Source: Antedon mediterranea
Lineage: Eukaryota > Animalia > Echinodermata
Length of the DNA: 64,000 nt
Assembly: GCF_964355755.1 (NCBI RefSeq)
Contig: NC_092680.1
Span: 8,804,001 to 8,868,000 of the forward strand
Reading direction: 5' to 3'
In this document: in pieces, positions 12,828-22,987 of the stretch
Layout of the letters: every line of letters starts with the position of its first letter
How positions within the stretch are numbered: position 1 is the stretch's first letter
Position numbers and translations under genes: made by a program
The notes under the pieces: model-generated
What the model saw: only the letters and a program-made list of their open reading frames with translations
Database searches by the model: none
What the model was told of the DNA's origin: nothing

Positions 12828-13554
12828 GTTATGCGCGATTTGAACGATTTGCGCAATTTAAAATTGCGCAAAGAATTCTTGCGCAATATTAAATTGCGCA
12901 ATTTCAAATTGCGCAAGAAAATCCTTGCGCAATTTCAAATTGCGCTGCACAATTTTTAAATTGCGCAAGATAGTTCTTGCGCAATATGACACCTTTGCGC
13001 AATTTGAAAACGAACTGTTTGTTATTTTTATTATTGTACTCATTTGTTGTTGAGAATGGTACCGAAAGGTCGATCTTTTTTGTCATTAAATTTAATTTTT
13101 AAGTTAAATAGTAAACGTCTAATAATTCGTAATAATTATTGTTTCTAAAAAAAATCCAATCGTTATAAGTCTTATTAATCGTCATTAGTACTGATATTTG
13201 AATTGAAATTATTATATTACTATTGGTATTTATTTATGCCTTCTCCTCATATTATGTGAGAATATGGTATTTTATAGAACCATTGGGAATTCGAGATTTT
13301 TTTTATTCGGAAAAAAAAATCTTCAATTTTGAATCATTCTTAGAAATTACTAAAAAAATATGGGTGTGCATGATTTCACAATCTGTCGAAAAACCTTGCG
13401 CAATTTGCAGATTACTTGCGCAATTTAATACGTTGCTTGCGCAATTTGAAACACATGTTTCAATTCAAATTGCGCAAGGAATTTTTTGCGCAATTTAAAA
13501 TTGCGCAAGAAAATCCTTGCGCAATTTCAAATTGCGCAAATCGCGCATAACACC
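12828..13554 (+). mobile_element. Non-autonomous TIR element rich in TTGCGCAA palindromes, copy 1 (AT-rich core variant)
   Basis: Ends GTTATGCGCGATTTG...CAAATCGCGCATAACACC, flanked by GAT on both sides (12825-27, 13555-57). Arms are shared with the copies at 14334 and 37371. It interrupts a local TAGGTGCAACCTCCGGCTCA tandem repeat. Confidence 0.9.
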
Positions 13555-13772
13555 GATACAACCAGTACAGTAGGTGCAACCTCCGGCTCACTATGTCTCC
13601 AACAGTAGCACAAGTGGTAGGCTAACTTACTTACTGTGTCTTAACTCTCCTTTTACTATTCAACTCCAATTTTCTCTTTCTTTTCTCTAATCTTCTCTAC
13701 ACTTTGTTTTCCAATTGCTCTAATGTCCCTACTTATTTTACACGTCTTCTCCCTGCTTCTCCGCTTTTCCAG

Positions 13773-13961
13773 CTCCAATCTCTCCCTTCTTTTTAACGCA
13801 GCTCGAGGTAACCCTCCATTGCCTTCCTTCTCCAATCCCTCTCTGCTTTTTAACGCAGCTCGAGGTAACCCTCCATTGCCTTCCTTCTCCAATCCCTCTC
13901 TCCTTTTTAACGCAGCTCGAGGTAACCCTCCATTGCCTTCCTTCTCCAATCCCTCTCTGCT
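13773..13961. repeat. 57-bp tandem repeat, about 3.3 copies
   Basis: CTCCAATC recurs at 13773, 13830, 13887, 13944. Confidence 0.9.
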
Positions 13962-14333
13962 CTTTTTCTCACGTCCGTTCTCTGCTACTCTTCCTGCCTA
14001 ACTTTCTGGTCTGGATTGGTTTTAATGCAGTGTTTTTTTTTTATTTGAGCCATAACATTTTCCATAAAGACTATTAAGAAGGGTGCTTTTCTGTGCTTTC
14101 TTTTATAGCCTGGTGTTGCTACAAAATTGTCTACACCCACCCTCTACTACTACTAGCCTATCATATGATACTATTACTAGTGAGTATTTACTCTTAATAA
14201 CATTTGATTGCAGTTTTTTATGTAAGTCACGGTATTAGAATAGTAATTATTTATGATTAAACTCTGTAAAACATCACACTGGCCAAAGCTTCTGTTTGCC
14301 TAACAATATATAAGGCCTGGCTGTAATATAAAT

Positions 14334-15135
14334 GTTATGCGCGATTTGAACGATTTGCGCAATTTGAAATTGCGCAAAAAAATCCTTGCGCAATTTTAAA
14401 TTGCGCAAGAATTATTTGCGCAATTTCAAATTGCGCAAGGATTTTTTTGCGCAATTTCAAATTGCGCAATCAACTTGCGCAATTTCAAATTGCGCAAGAA
14501 AATCTTTGCGCAATTTTAAATTGCGCTGCACAATTTGTAAATTGCGCAAGATAGTTCTTGCGCAATATGACACCTTTGCGCAATTTGAAAACGAACTGTA
14601 AATTTTCCCATACATGGCTATAGGCTAGGCCTAGGCAGAGGAGTTTAAAATTTAGTATTTTATTATATAAATAAGACCATTTCAATGAAGATAATGTTTA
14701 ATACTCACTTTTTAAGTTTTTAATATTAGTTTAAGCTAGGCCATGTAACCTAGTCAGTATCAGTAGTCCAGACCCTAGCTAGGCTAGAGTAGTATAGCCG
14801 GCCGCCCGCGCCGCGCCCGCCTGGTGGAACACCACCGCTTCGTTTTCCTTCGTCGGTTCTTCGACGGTATGCTAACTTATAACAATATTTGCACTACTAA
14901 AATAAGGAAATGCGATATTTATCTTTAAATTTGAATCATTCTTAGAAATTACTATAAAAATATGGGTGTACATGATTTCACAATCTGTCGAAAAACCTTG
15001 CGCAATTTGCAGATTACTTGCGCAATTTAATACGTTGCTTGCGCAATTTGAAACACATGTTTCAATTCAAATTGCGCAAGGATTTTTTTTGCGCAATTTC
15101 AAATTGCGCAAATCGTTCAAATCGCGCATAACATC
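14334..15135 (+). mobile_element. TTGCGCAA-rich TIR element, copy 2
   Basis: GTTATGCGCGATTTGAACGATTTGCGCAATTT...AAATCGTTCAAATCGCGCATAACATC, flanked by AAT/AAT. About 20 TTGCGCAA octamers counted by eye. Confidence 0.92.
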
Positions 15136-15159
15136 AATAATAAAGTAAGTTGTACAGTA

Positions 15160-15870
15160 TTCAGTTGCTATAACCACTGTTCAATGGGCGCGGCCATCTT
15201 TAAAACTTTGTTGTCTTTAAAAATAGTTTATTTAGTGCTACCGATTTATTTTAATAATAATTTATTTCTGTAATGAAAGATATACAATATATCACCGTTA
15301 TAGAAAAATGAACTTTGAAATCCGAAATAAAATTTTTATTTAATCTATAATATCGTTCAAAATCAACATTACAAAATTGTTCGTTACTTGCATGACATAT
15401 ATTTGACCTCTGAAGTAAAAATAAACAAAACGTAAACATAACATTGTTTCGGAGGAAATTCCTAGATTAAAGACTTAATGCAACATTTGAGGTTACTTCA
15501 TATAGACTTAGTATGTTTATCTTCTCTATTGAATAATGAACCATTCATTAATAAATATTCTAGACTAGGCCTAGGTTAGCTAGGCCTATAATAGGCCGTA
15601 TATGATACCTACCTAGCCTACTCTGTCTGTGAGGCTAGGCCTAAAAGCCTAGCTAAAGCTAGCTAGACAAGTACCTAGTCTAGGGCCAGGCCTAGCTAGA
15701 ATAGCGCTATAATACAATCTTTTGTAGTAGGCCTAGATAGACTCTAGCTATACTTAGGAGTATAAGAGAGGCCTACTTAACAAAATGTGTAGGCCTAGCT
15801 AGCTAGTAGAATAGTAGTTAGAGAGAAGAGAGGCTAGGCTAGGCCTAGCTAGGTAGGTAGGCCTAGCATG
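15160..15870 (+). promoter_or_regulatory. Candidate promoter / non-coding first exon region of the SKI-domain gene
   Basis: YY1-like GCGGCCATCTT near 15190, RFX-like GTTGCTATAACC near 15164, then a TAGGCCTAGC-rich tract at 15563-15870. The ATG at 17068 is preceded by an in-frame TAA and acceptor-like sites (17000, 17038), implying an upstream non-coding exon. Inference only. Confidence 0.3.
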
Positions 15871-15923
15871 TCATTAGTTAGGGCTGCTGGTGCCTGCCTA
15901 TTACAATATGTTATCATAGTTAT

Positions 15924-16830
15924 GCCGTGGCTAAAGATACGGTACCGTATCCTAACTTCTGTTTGCTAAAGGTACGGTAAAATTGTATTATGTCATAATC
16001 AACTAATGGGGTGTGACGTCATCGTATAAACATGGCCTCCATGGTATAAATAAGGACTTTTGTTCATATCGCGTCTGTAGAGAATGCCGATCGGCGGCAC
16101 CAGGATTCATGGATGTGTTTGCTGATTCTGTGACTCAGCTCCAGGGCTAGACCTAGCAATGTTGAATTCAGAAGTCTAATAACGGGCGATGTCGATGCTG
16201 TAGTGTATTAATAAAGCAAGTTCATGTGGTTGGTGGACGTTACATAAAGCTTTTAAAACATACATGCACTCAATCTCAACTATTATTTCAACATACAGTA
16301 GTAGTAGTGTTATAATCCGATATGTTGATAGCCAAATTGTTGGAAATTGTGTTGTGTCTAGTTCATTCGTCCATAGTTACTATATATGAGAGTTTTATTT
16401 TTATATTCCAAATGGCCTATTTAAATATTTTTTATTTTAACTTTGTTTTACAGATGGTGACCAAAACAAAGCAAATGCGGAAAATAAAGGGGCCCTCAAA
16501 TACTATGATTTACACAGCATAGTACGTAGTAGGCCTTTTGAAACGGTTTTCTGTATTCTAGAATTAAAATCAACATGTTTTGGCTTTTCAATAATAACAG
16601 ACGTAGGCTACATTTAGTTTTTGTCACACACGAAGGCGATAATAGCGATAAATAAAGCATAAAGAAAATGTTGAGCGGTTGATCACTGTTTTTGCGATAT
16701 GAAAACAAATCCTTACATGATGATGTCACACATACACCACATCCCAACTGGCTGATTATGACGTAATGCAATTTTACCGTACCTTTAGCAAACAGAAGTT
16801 AGGATACGGTACCGTATCTTTAGCCACAGC
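15924..16830. mobile_element. MITE with long near-perfect TIRs
   Basis: GCCGTGGCTAAAGATACGGTACCGTATCCTAACTTCTGTTTGCTAAAGGTACGGTAAAATTG is repeated inverted at about 16769-16830. No clear TSD. Confidence 0.85.
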
Positions 16831-17067
16831 GATTTAGTTAAGCAGGCCCTAGGCCATGACATGAGCCTGGTGGGTGGGAGGCATACGCAGAATTACTACA
16901 CACTAGATAGATCCATCTTAATGCCATATTATTTCCAAAGTTCCATCAAGATTATTAGGGTTAAGGGCTAGCCTAAATCTGCATTATTTTTTTTTTCCAG
17001 TAATTTACAGACTTTTTGTTGTATTTGTTTTACTACAGTTTTGCAGTTTATGGCAGTGCAGTAACTA

Positions 17068-18223
17068 ATGATGCAATCTCCGACAATTTCAAGAGAAGCC
17101 TTGTTTGATGCTGATCTTGAACAAGCTCTATCACTTCTTGACAGAGAACAAGCCAAACTAAGCACACCATTCAGACACAGTAGTGCAAGAAAAAGCACCT
17201 CTTACTCCAAACTGGTTGAATCACCATGTATTTACAAGTCTCATAGTATGGATAGTGGCCTAAGCAGCATAAGTCTTTCTAGCAGGATGTCTAGTGCCCA
17301 AGAGACATCGTCACATCTTAGCTTTAATGTGCAGATTCCTGTAAAACATACTTCTGCAGCAGGTTCACAGACAGGAACATACTACCCCAAATATCAAGTG
17401 TATAAAGAATCAAAATGTATCTCTTGTAAAGACTGTAGTATTTTCTTCTCGCCATCAGCATTCCTTAAGCACTGCCATGACCATAAGCTTGGAACCAGAA
17501 TAGAATGTAATGCCATCAATATTGAACTAGCTACTGATAATCCTGGAGTGCAGCAGCAGAAACTATGGGATGAGTTTCAGATTCAAATTAATGGTATGGG
17601 AGTACAATCCCATGGAGAAAGAGACAGAATTCTCACATCAAACATACCTTTTAAAAACTCTGTAAAGACCATTCCAGATAATCGCTTTAGCTGGAGAGAA
17701 AATGGCAGTGGTGATAGCTTGAATGGAAGTATTCACAGTGATGTCTTAGCTTCTAAACGGTTACTGCAAAGCACACAAAACCTTATACAAGGATCTGCAG
17801 AAAAGGCTAAGAGAAGGTTTAACTCTCGTAAGGACATTATGACATCTGTGTCAGATCTTAGCAATGGGATGTTAGATATTGATGGTGCTAAACAACCAGT
17901 TATCAAGATGTATTCAACCAGCAGTGGACAGCCTCCTTCGGCTAGGAAATCACTACAGAAGTATCTGAGTAATGAAAAAGACTACAAACTTGGAATTTTA
18001 AAACTTTCTGATTCTTCTTTACCTTCTGATAATAAATTGTTGGATAACACTAGAGATACAAGGCATTTTGATTTAAGAAGTAGTACTAATAGAACAGACA
18101 GCTTAGTTACCAGTAATACTATACAACATGAGGGACTACTGGATTATACAGCAGAAGAATGTAGTTTTATTGATAACCATATTGAAAAACATATTGATAA
18201 CCATAAACAAAATGATAAAGAAG
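17068..18223 (+). CDS. c-SKI SMAD4-binding (SAND-like) domain protein, coding exon 1 of 4
   Basis: 392-codon ORF. IPVKH...GTYYPKY...KCISCKDCSIFFSPSAFLKHCH...QKLWDEF matches the SKI/SnoN/SKOR CI-x-C-x2-C-x11-H-x-H motif. In-frame TAA two codons upstream of the ATG. Donor GTATTG at 18224, phase 1. Confidence 0.85.
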
Positions 18224-18335
18224 GTATTGTACTGTATAGAAAATGAATTTGGTTTTAATGTATAAACCAATTGACGTTCACTCTCTATTTGACCGAAAGA
18301 TTTATATAAATTTATTATATCTTACGTTTTGACAG

Positions 18336-18416
18336 ATCCAGTAAAAATACTTCAAAATGCACAAGAACTACTTCAACTAGCTTCAGAAAAAATACAAAAA
18401 CAGCAAAGTCAATCAG
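18336..18416 (+). CDS. SKI-domain gene coding exon 2 (helical)
   Basis: Acceptor TTTTGACAG; reads DPVKILQNAQELLQLASEKIQKQQSQS; donor GTGAG; 81 nt, phase 1-1. Confidence 0.85.
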
Positions 18417-18441
18417 GTGAGGAAATATTTTGGAAATATAA

Positions 18442-19316
18442 GGCATGGCATCACAAAATCGGTGTAGTGTCGGAAATATAATTTTTTAGATTTTATATAT
18501 TCATAATCTATATTTAATAAGCTTTAAAATGAACCGTTGTTGATTAAAATTGGTTTATTATATGAAGAGATATTAATGAAAACATACAAGTCACTTTGTA
18601 GCTCAGGAAATCTTTATTTTGAGAAAATCAACAATGAAATAGCAACGCCGATTAGCTGGGCCTGGCCTAGCCCGCCGATCAACGCAACAACGCTCTTTGT
18701 CAAAACTCGCTATTTTTTCTCAATAACGACAAACTAGTCGAAAATATATCACTGTGTGGTACATAATACTATATTTTTTGTTATTTTAAAAAATTATATG
18801 GATAAAAATTACGATTAAATTCCTAAATATTCATGAAATGTTGAAATGTTCATTCGAGAAACTACGGTGGAAGCCATGCTGTTTCATCGTAAACAAAAGC
18901 GTCAGCCAATCAGAGAGCAATATTTATCTCTATATCCAATCACAGTCAAGGATTCACAAATTGTTGTTAGAAATTTTTGCAACCTAACACCTTAATAAAA
19001 CCAATTTCCATTAGCTAGATTTTAAAAAATCACTTAGGTACCAAACATGACGTGATTCGGGTTTGTTTACAAAAGCGCCGTAAAGAAAGTTGATTTTTTA
19101 TTGAACAAAAATACAATTTCCAATTGATTTTCAATGGAAAAAAATACACATACTTGTGATATTTTTTCATGAACAAGAGTTTGATATGTTAAAGATAACT
19201 GTTTATAGTATGGTTTTTTATTGAAAATTAGGTTATGCCGTTTTTCACATTCTGACAAGGCTTAATATCTCAAAAGTTTAGGTTGTGAGTCTGCGCCGCT
19301 TTTGTGATGCCAGGCC
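18442..19316. mobile_element. Kolobok-like non-autonomous DNA transposon in an intron
   Basis: TIR GGCATGGCATCACAAAA / TTTTGTGATGCCAGGCC. Degenerate TTAA-like flanks (ATAA / TCAT). Two internal CCAATCA boxes. Confidence 0.65.
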
Positions 19317-19499
19317 TCATATTGAATAATATTTAGTTGGTTACTACCCTCGCTAAGGATATACTGTAGTTGTGTGATTTTTACAGTTTTATTTTAGCCT
19401 AACAGGACAAATGTAAAACAGATGTTAAATTTATATCTGATATGTTTCTATCCTGTACAAATATGTTTTTAAATTAAAATGTTTATTTTCTTTTTTCAG

Positions 19500-19577
19500 T
19501 TATAAACTGGGAGGAAAGATATGAAGATGAAAAAAAACTTAGAAGAAAGGTAGAGCAGAAACTAAATGCAGTTCAAG
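19500..19577 (+). CDS. SKI-domain gene coding exon 3 (coiled coil)
   Basis: Acceptor TTTTTTCAG; reads VINWEERYEDEKKLRRKVEQKLNAVQ; donor GTAATG; 78 nt, phase 1-1. Confidence 0.85.
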
Positions 19578-19623
19578 GTAATGTTGAACCAATGAAGATA
19601 TCAATATTTCACTGTATACCCAA

Positions 19624-19830
19624 ATAATAATAATATCGAATATAAAACGCTCTTTACCAGAGTCTCACAGCGCAAAATGAAAAGAATAGCTATTGAAATA
19701 GGTGAATTTTCAGGAGCGATTTGAATTGAAAAGGGGATGGAATGGAACGAAGAAGTTGGTTCCAGATCTCTGGTGCCTGAGCAAAGAAGCCCTTAGGCAC
19801 GGATTTAAGGTTCACGAAACGAAATGAGTT
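19624..19830 (-). mobile_element. 3' end fragment of an L2/CR1-type LINE
   Basis: Minus strand gives FAQAPEIWNQL...FKSLLKIHLF, typical of the L2 ORF2 C-terminus, then a short 3' UTR and a (TTA)n-like tail. Confidence 0.6.
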
Positions 19831-19846
19831 GATGCATATAATTGTG

Positions 19847-20430
19847 TCAATAATGTCTGTATTGCGTCAACTAGTATGATCAACCAAGCTACTACCAAGA
19901 CGAACCACAAAATATATCTGAATTTATTTTATTCTATTAAAAGAATTATTTATAAATATACAATATAATCAATGATCTATGATAGTTTTTTAGATAAATA
20001 AAACATAAAGAGGAACATATCATATTTTGTAGGCCTATCATTCGCACTTTATACTCGTACGCTGGCACAGTGGAGAAGGCTTGGCACTCGACGCAGCTCT
20101 CCTGTCGTAGGCCTACTTTGTATGGTGGCTGGACATTTAACATTTTTGGTGTCTATATAGCCCTAAAATTTAGGTTTTATTGTTGGAAATGCTATTAGAA
20201 GTCTATATATATCATATTTCGTCACAATAATTGGCAGGGCTTGGTATTTCTTAGTAGGTCTTGGTTGGTCATACTAGTTGATGTAATACAGACATTATTG
20301 ACGTCGATTTTTAAACATTTTTGGTGTCTATATCGTGCTAAAATTGAGGTTTTATTGTTGGAAATGCTATTAGAACTATATCATACTCCGTTAAATTAAC
20401 ACTTTAAATTGGCAGGTCTTGGTATTTAGG
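19847..20430. repeat. Local inverted repeat (about 19847-19890 vs 20260-20302) overlapping a direct duplication (about 20137-20250 vs 20312-20428)
   Basis: TCAATAATGTCTGTATTGCGTCAACTAGTATGATCAACCAAG recurs inverted. AACATTTTTGGTGTCTATAT...GGTTTTATTGTTGGAAATGCTATTAGAA occurs twice. Confidence 0.7.
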
Positions 20431-20724
20431 AGGACCTGTTTACATTATGACACTGAAAAACTAGCATGAGGAAATGATCCATGTAACATTAACAACTGTT
20501 TACATTTTGTGAATAGGTTATTAATACAATCAAATTGATCTTTAATTTGTTACCATTTTAGTTTTTTAAGGCCCTAGAGTGCATTTATTTTTAACACTAT
20601 TTATCCTGGGCCTACAAGTAAAAAAATAATATAAAGGTTCATTGTTTCCATATCCAGTGAATTAATGCACTTTGTTTTCTTTAGACAGTATAGACTGCAT
20701 TTACTGAATATTTCCAGCATTAGT

Positions 20725-21207
20725 AGGGAGGTTTCGCAACCTTACGAATACGATAACGAAAACGGATACGTCACACATTTGTGAAACTTTTGAGCTGATC
20801 CCCATTTCATATTCGTAAAGCGTATTCGTGTTGACGAATATCACCAATCATATTCGTAACTACAAAACGAGTATAGTTTTTGATCTATTTTGCACATTTT
20901 GCATTTGAATCAGGAATGATTCATGATTATAATATAATTATAGATTTATTGAAAGTAATTTACTAAAATGCCAGGTCAATTTTGATAGCAATTTTTAAAG
21001 TCCTCACTCGCTTTGATGTTACGCTAGGCCTAGGCAGCCAAACACCAAGCAACACATACCTGCGCTTCTCTCAAATTTATCGCAGTCATATTTTGGACGG
21101 CGGCCTCAATATTTCGTTGCCACGCGAAACAGATTTTTACTGGCTTACGAAAACGAATACGTGTGCGTGACGTATCCGTTTTCGTTATCGTATTGCGAAA
21201 CCTCCCT
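20725..21207. mobile_element. ISL2EU/Harbinger-like MITE in an intron
   Basis: TIR AGGGAGGTTTCGCAA...TACGATAACGAAAACGGATACGTCAC with its inverse ending TTGCGAAACCTCCCT. Flanks AGT / ATT. Confidence 0.8.
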
Positions 21208-21299
21208 ATTACCCCTGGATCTCTCACAACATCCTAATCTAATCCAAAAATTATTAACAATCTTTATTTCAACCAGACAAATGTTTCAATTGTTTTCAG

Positions 21300-21373
21300 A
21301 TCAATTACATCTAGAACAGCAGAGGCGACAAGAATTAGAAATTGAACTAAGGGCATTAAAGTTGCAATTGTAA
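21300..21373 (+). CDS. SKI-domain gene last coding exon (coiled coil, stop)
   Basis: Acceptor TGTTTTCAG; reads DQLHLEQQRRQELEIELRALKLQL then TAA. The four exons total 1389 nt, i.e. 462 aa plus stop. AATAAA near 21563. Confidence 0.85.
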
Positions 21374-21471
21374 AGAGAACCAACCAAATGGGTAATCAGG
21401 TGAATGTTAATGTATGTATACTGTAGAAAAAGAAATTGTTTTTTTTAAACTGGTAATGAGATCGATGTATT

Positions 21472-22987
21472 TTACAAGACAGCACTCCTGACAGGCCTTG
21501 AGCTTGTACCTCCTACTTCATGCTTGCTTACCATACCACTATCTTGACCATAGTGACGTGTAAATAAAATATTTACCCACTGACGAATTCTCTCATTTAA
21601 TACCTCTAAAGTATTATTTTCTCCATCGTACGCAATAACAATTGTTAGTATCTTTATGTTACATCCTCTGCTTAGAGGCCGTCTTTCATTTGTTATCAAA
21701 TCACAATACTACTTTTATGGTTGAAATTAATAATATAGGAAAATGTCTTAATAGACAAAATACTGTATTAGGTTTGGATGCTCTTCAGACTTTTCTTAAA
21801 TATCTCCTGAAGTTCTTGCCGTTTCCTTACACATTTTACAATTTGTTTGTATTGCCATCTTGCCATTCTACAGTACTTCCAATGTTTATTTGACAAGAGT
21901 GCTCTTTTTTACCAAATTGATCTCAAGTATTCAACGCTAGAATCTTCAGATACAACAAAGCACTGTACTATGTTATTATATTTTTTAATGCTTAACTCGT
22001 AGTCATTGTGCCATAATGAGTCCGTCCACAACGATATCTATTTTTATGTATTTTCCCAAATGTGCTTACAATTTTTAAAATTATCTAGTTTTCTAGTGTA
22101 CATTTCATAATATTAAAGACACCATCCCTACGTTTTTTAGATCTATTTTAAGATCACAAACTATATTTAATGTAAAAATAATACTATATGGTCATATTTC
22201 GATAACTTTTTTCGTCTTTAAATGGTTAAAAATGTGAAAAATAAGTCGATTTTAATAATTATAGCGGCCCGCTATAAATCCCAAAATGCATTGCGCGCAG
22301 ATTGATTTTTTTTCTTCTGTAATTCACCCACTTTTCGATCAATCGTGAGGCCAAAACAAATGGAAGACTCCTAACTTTTCAGCGAAAATACCGGGTTTTC
22401 CCCAATTTTTATCAACGGAGTCTGGCAAAAATAGAAAGACAATTAATGCAGCAACTATACAACGTCAGGCTAGGTATATAGCTAGCGTACGATGTTCGTA
22501 CGTTACCAATGTTTACCAGCTAGGCCTACAAAACTAAGCCTAGCTAGGCTAGGCCTAAAGACCGTCCACGAGAGGTCAGTCGCCGCGAGCTACTTAGGTA
22601 GTGCATTGTTTCTCACTTTTTATCATAATTTACCATAAAACGTACATTTAAGACAAGGAATGACCTGGTTTAATGTTTTTAAAGTAATATATAATATGTA
22701 TTATTTTTACAAAACGTCACAAATTGTAGGGAAGGTGTCTTTAAATAAGTTTCTGATAAATGTAATAGAATGTATTTTTTAATATTGTAATTTAATATAA
22801 AACTGTATACCAATACATCATCGTTATACATACCGCATTCTAACATTTTGTACCATTTATTCCATTCGTGGAGCGAGTGTGTCTCAAGTGGGACAGTGTC
22901 ATTAAATACATTTCTTGCATCATCCTGACCATATTTTTTCAGGACAAATATATCAAAATGTCTTAATGGTCTGGGCAGCATCATCAT
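21472..22987 (-). pseudogene. Possible decayed coding relic of unknown origin, split by a Kolobok MITE
   Basis: Minus-strand 102-aa ORF at 22679-22987, a mostly open frame at about 21770-22108 with three stops, and a 75-aa ORF at 21472-21699. No family recognised. Confidence 0.25.
22117..22740 (+). mobile_element. Kolobok-type MITE with TTAA TSD
   Basis: TTAA|AGACACCATCCCTAC ... GTAGGGAAGGTGTCT|TTAA; TIR matches 14 of 15. Confidence 0.88.

Noticed and set aside
13656-14001. ORFs on both strands with 19-aa repeats (REGLEKEGNGGLPRAALK)
   Set aside because: Explained by the 57-bp tandem repeat; no start or splice context and no recognisable domain.
12858-15148. ORFs such as MRNFKLRK... and SQSVEKPCAIC..., repeated at 37283-38176
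   Set aside because: Translations of the TTGCGCAA transposon arms, with no transposase motifs.
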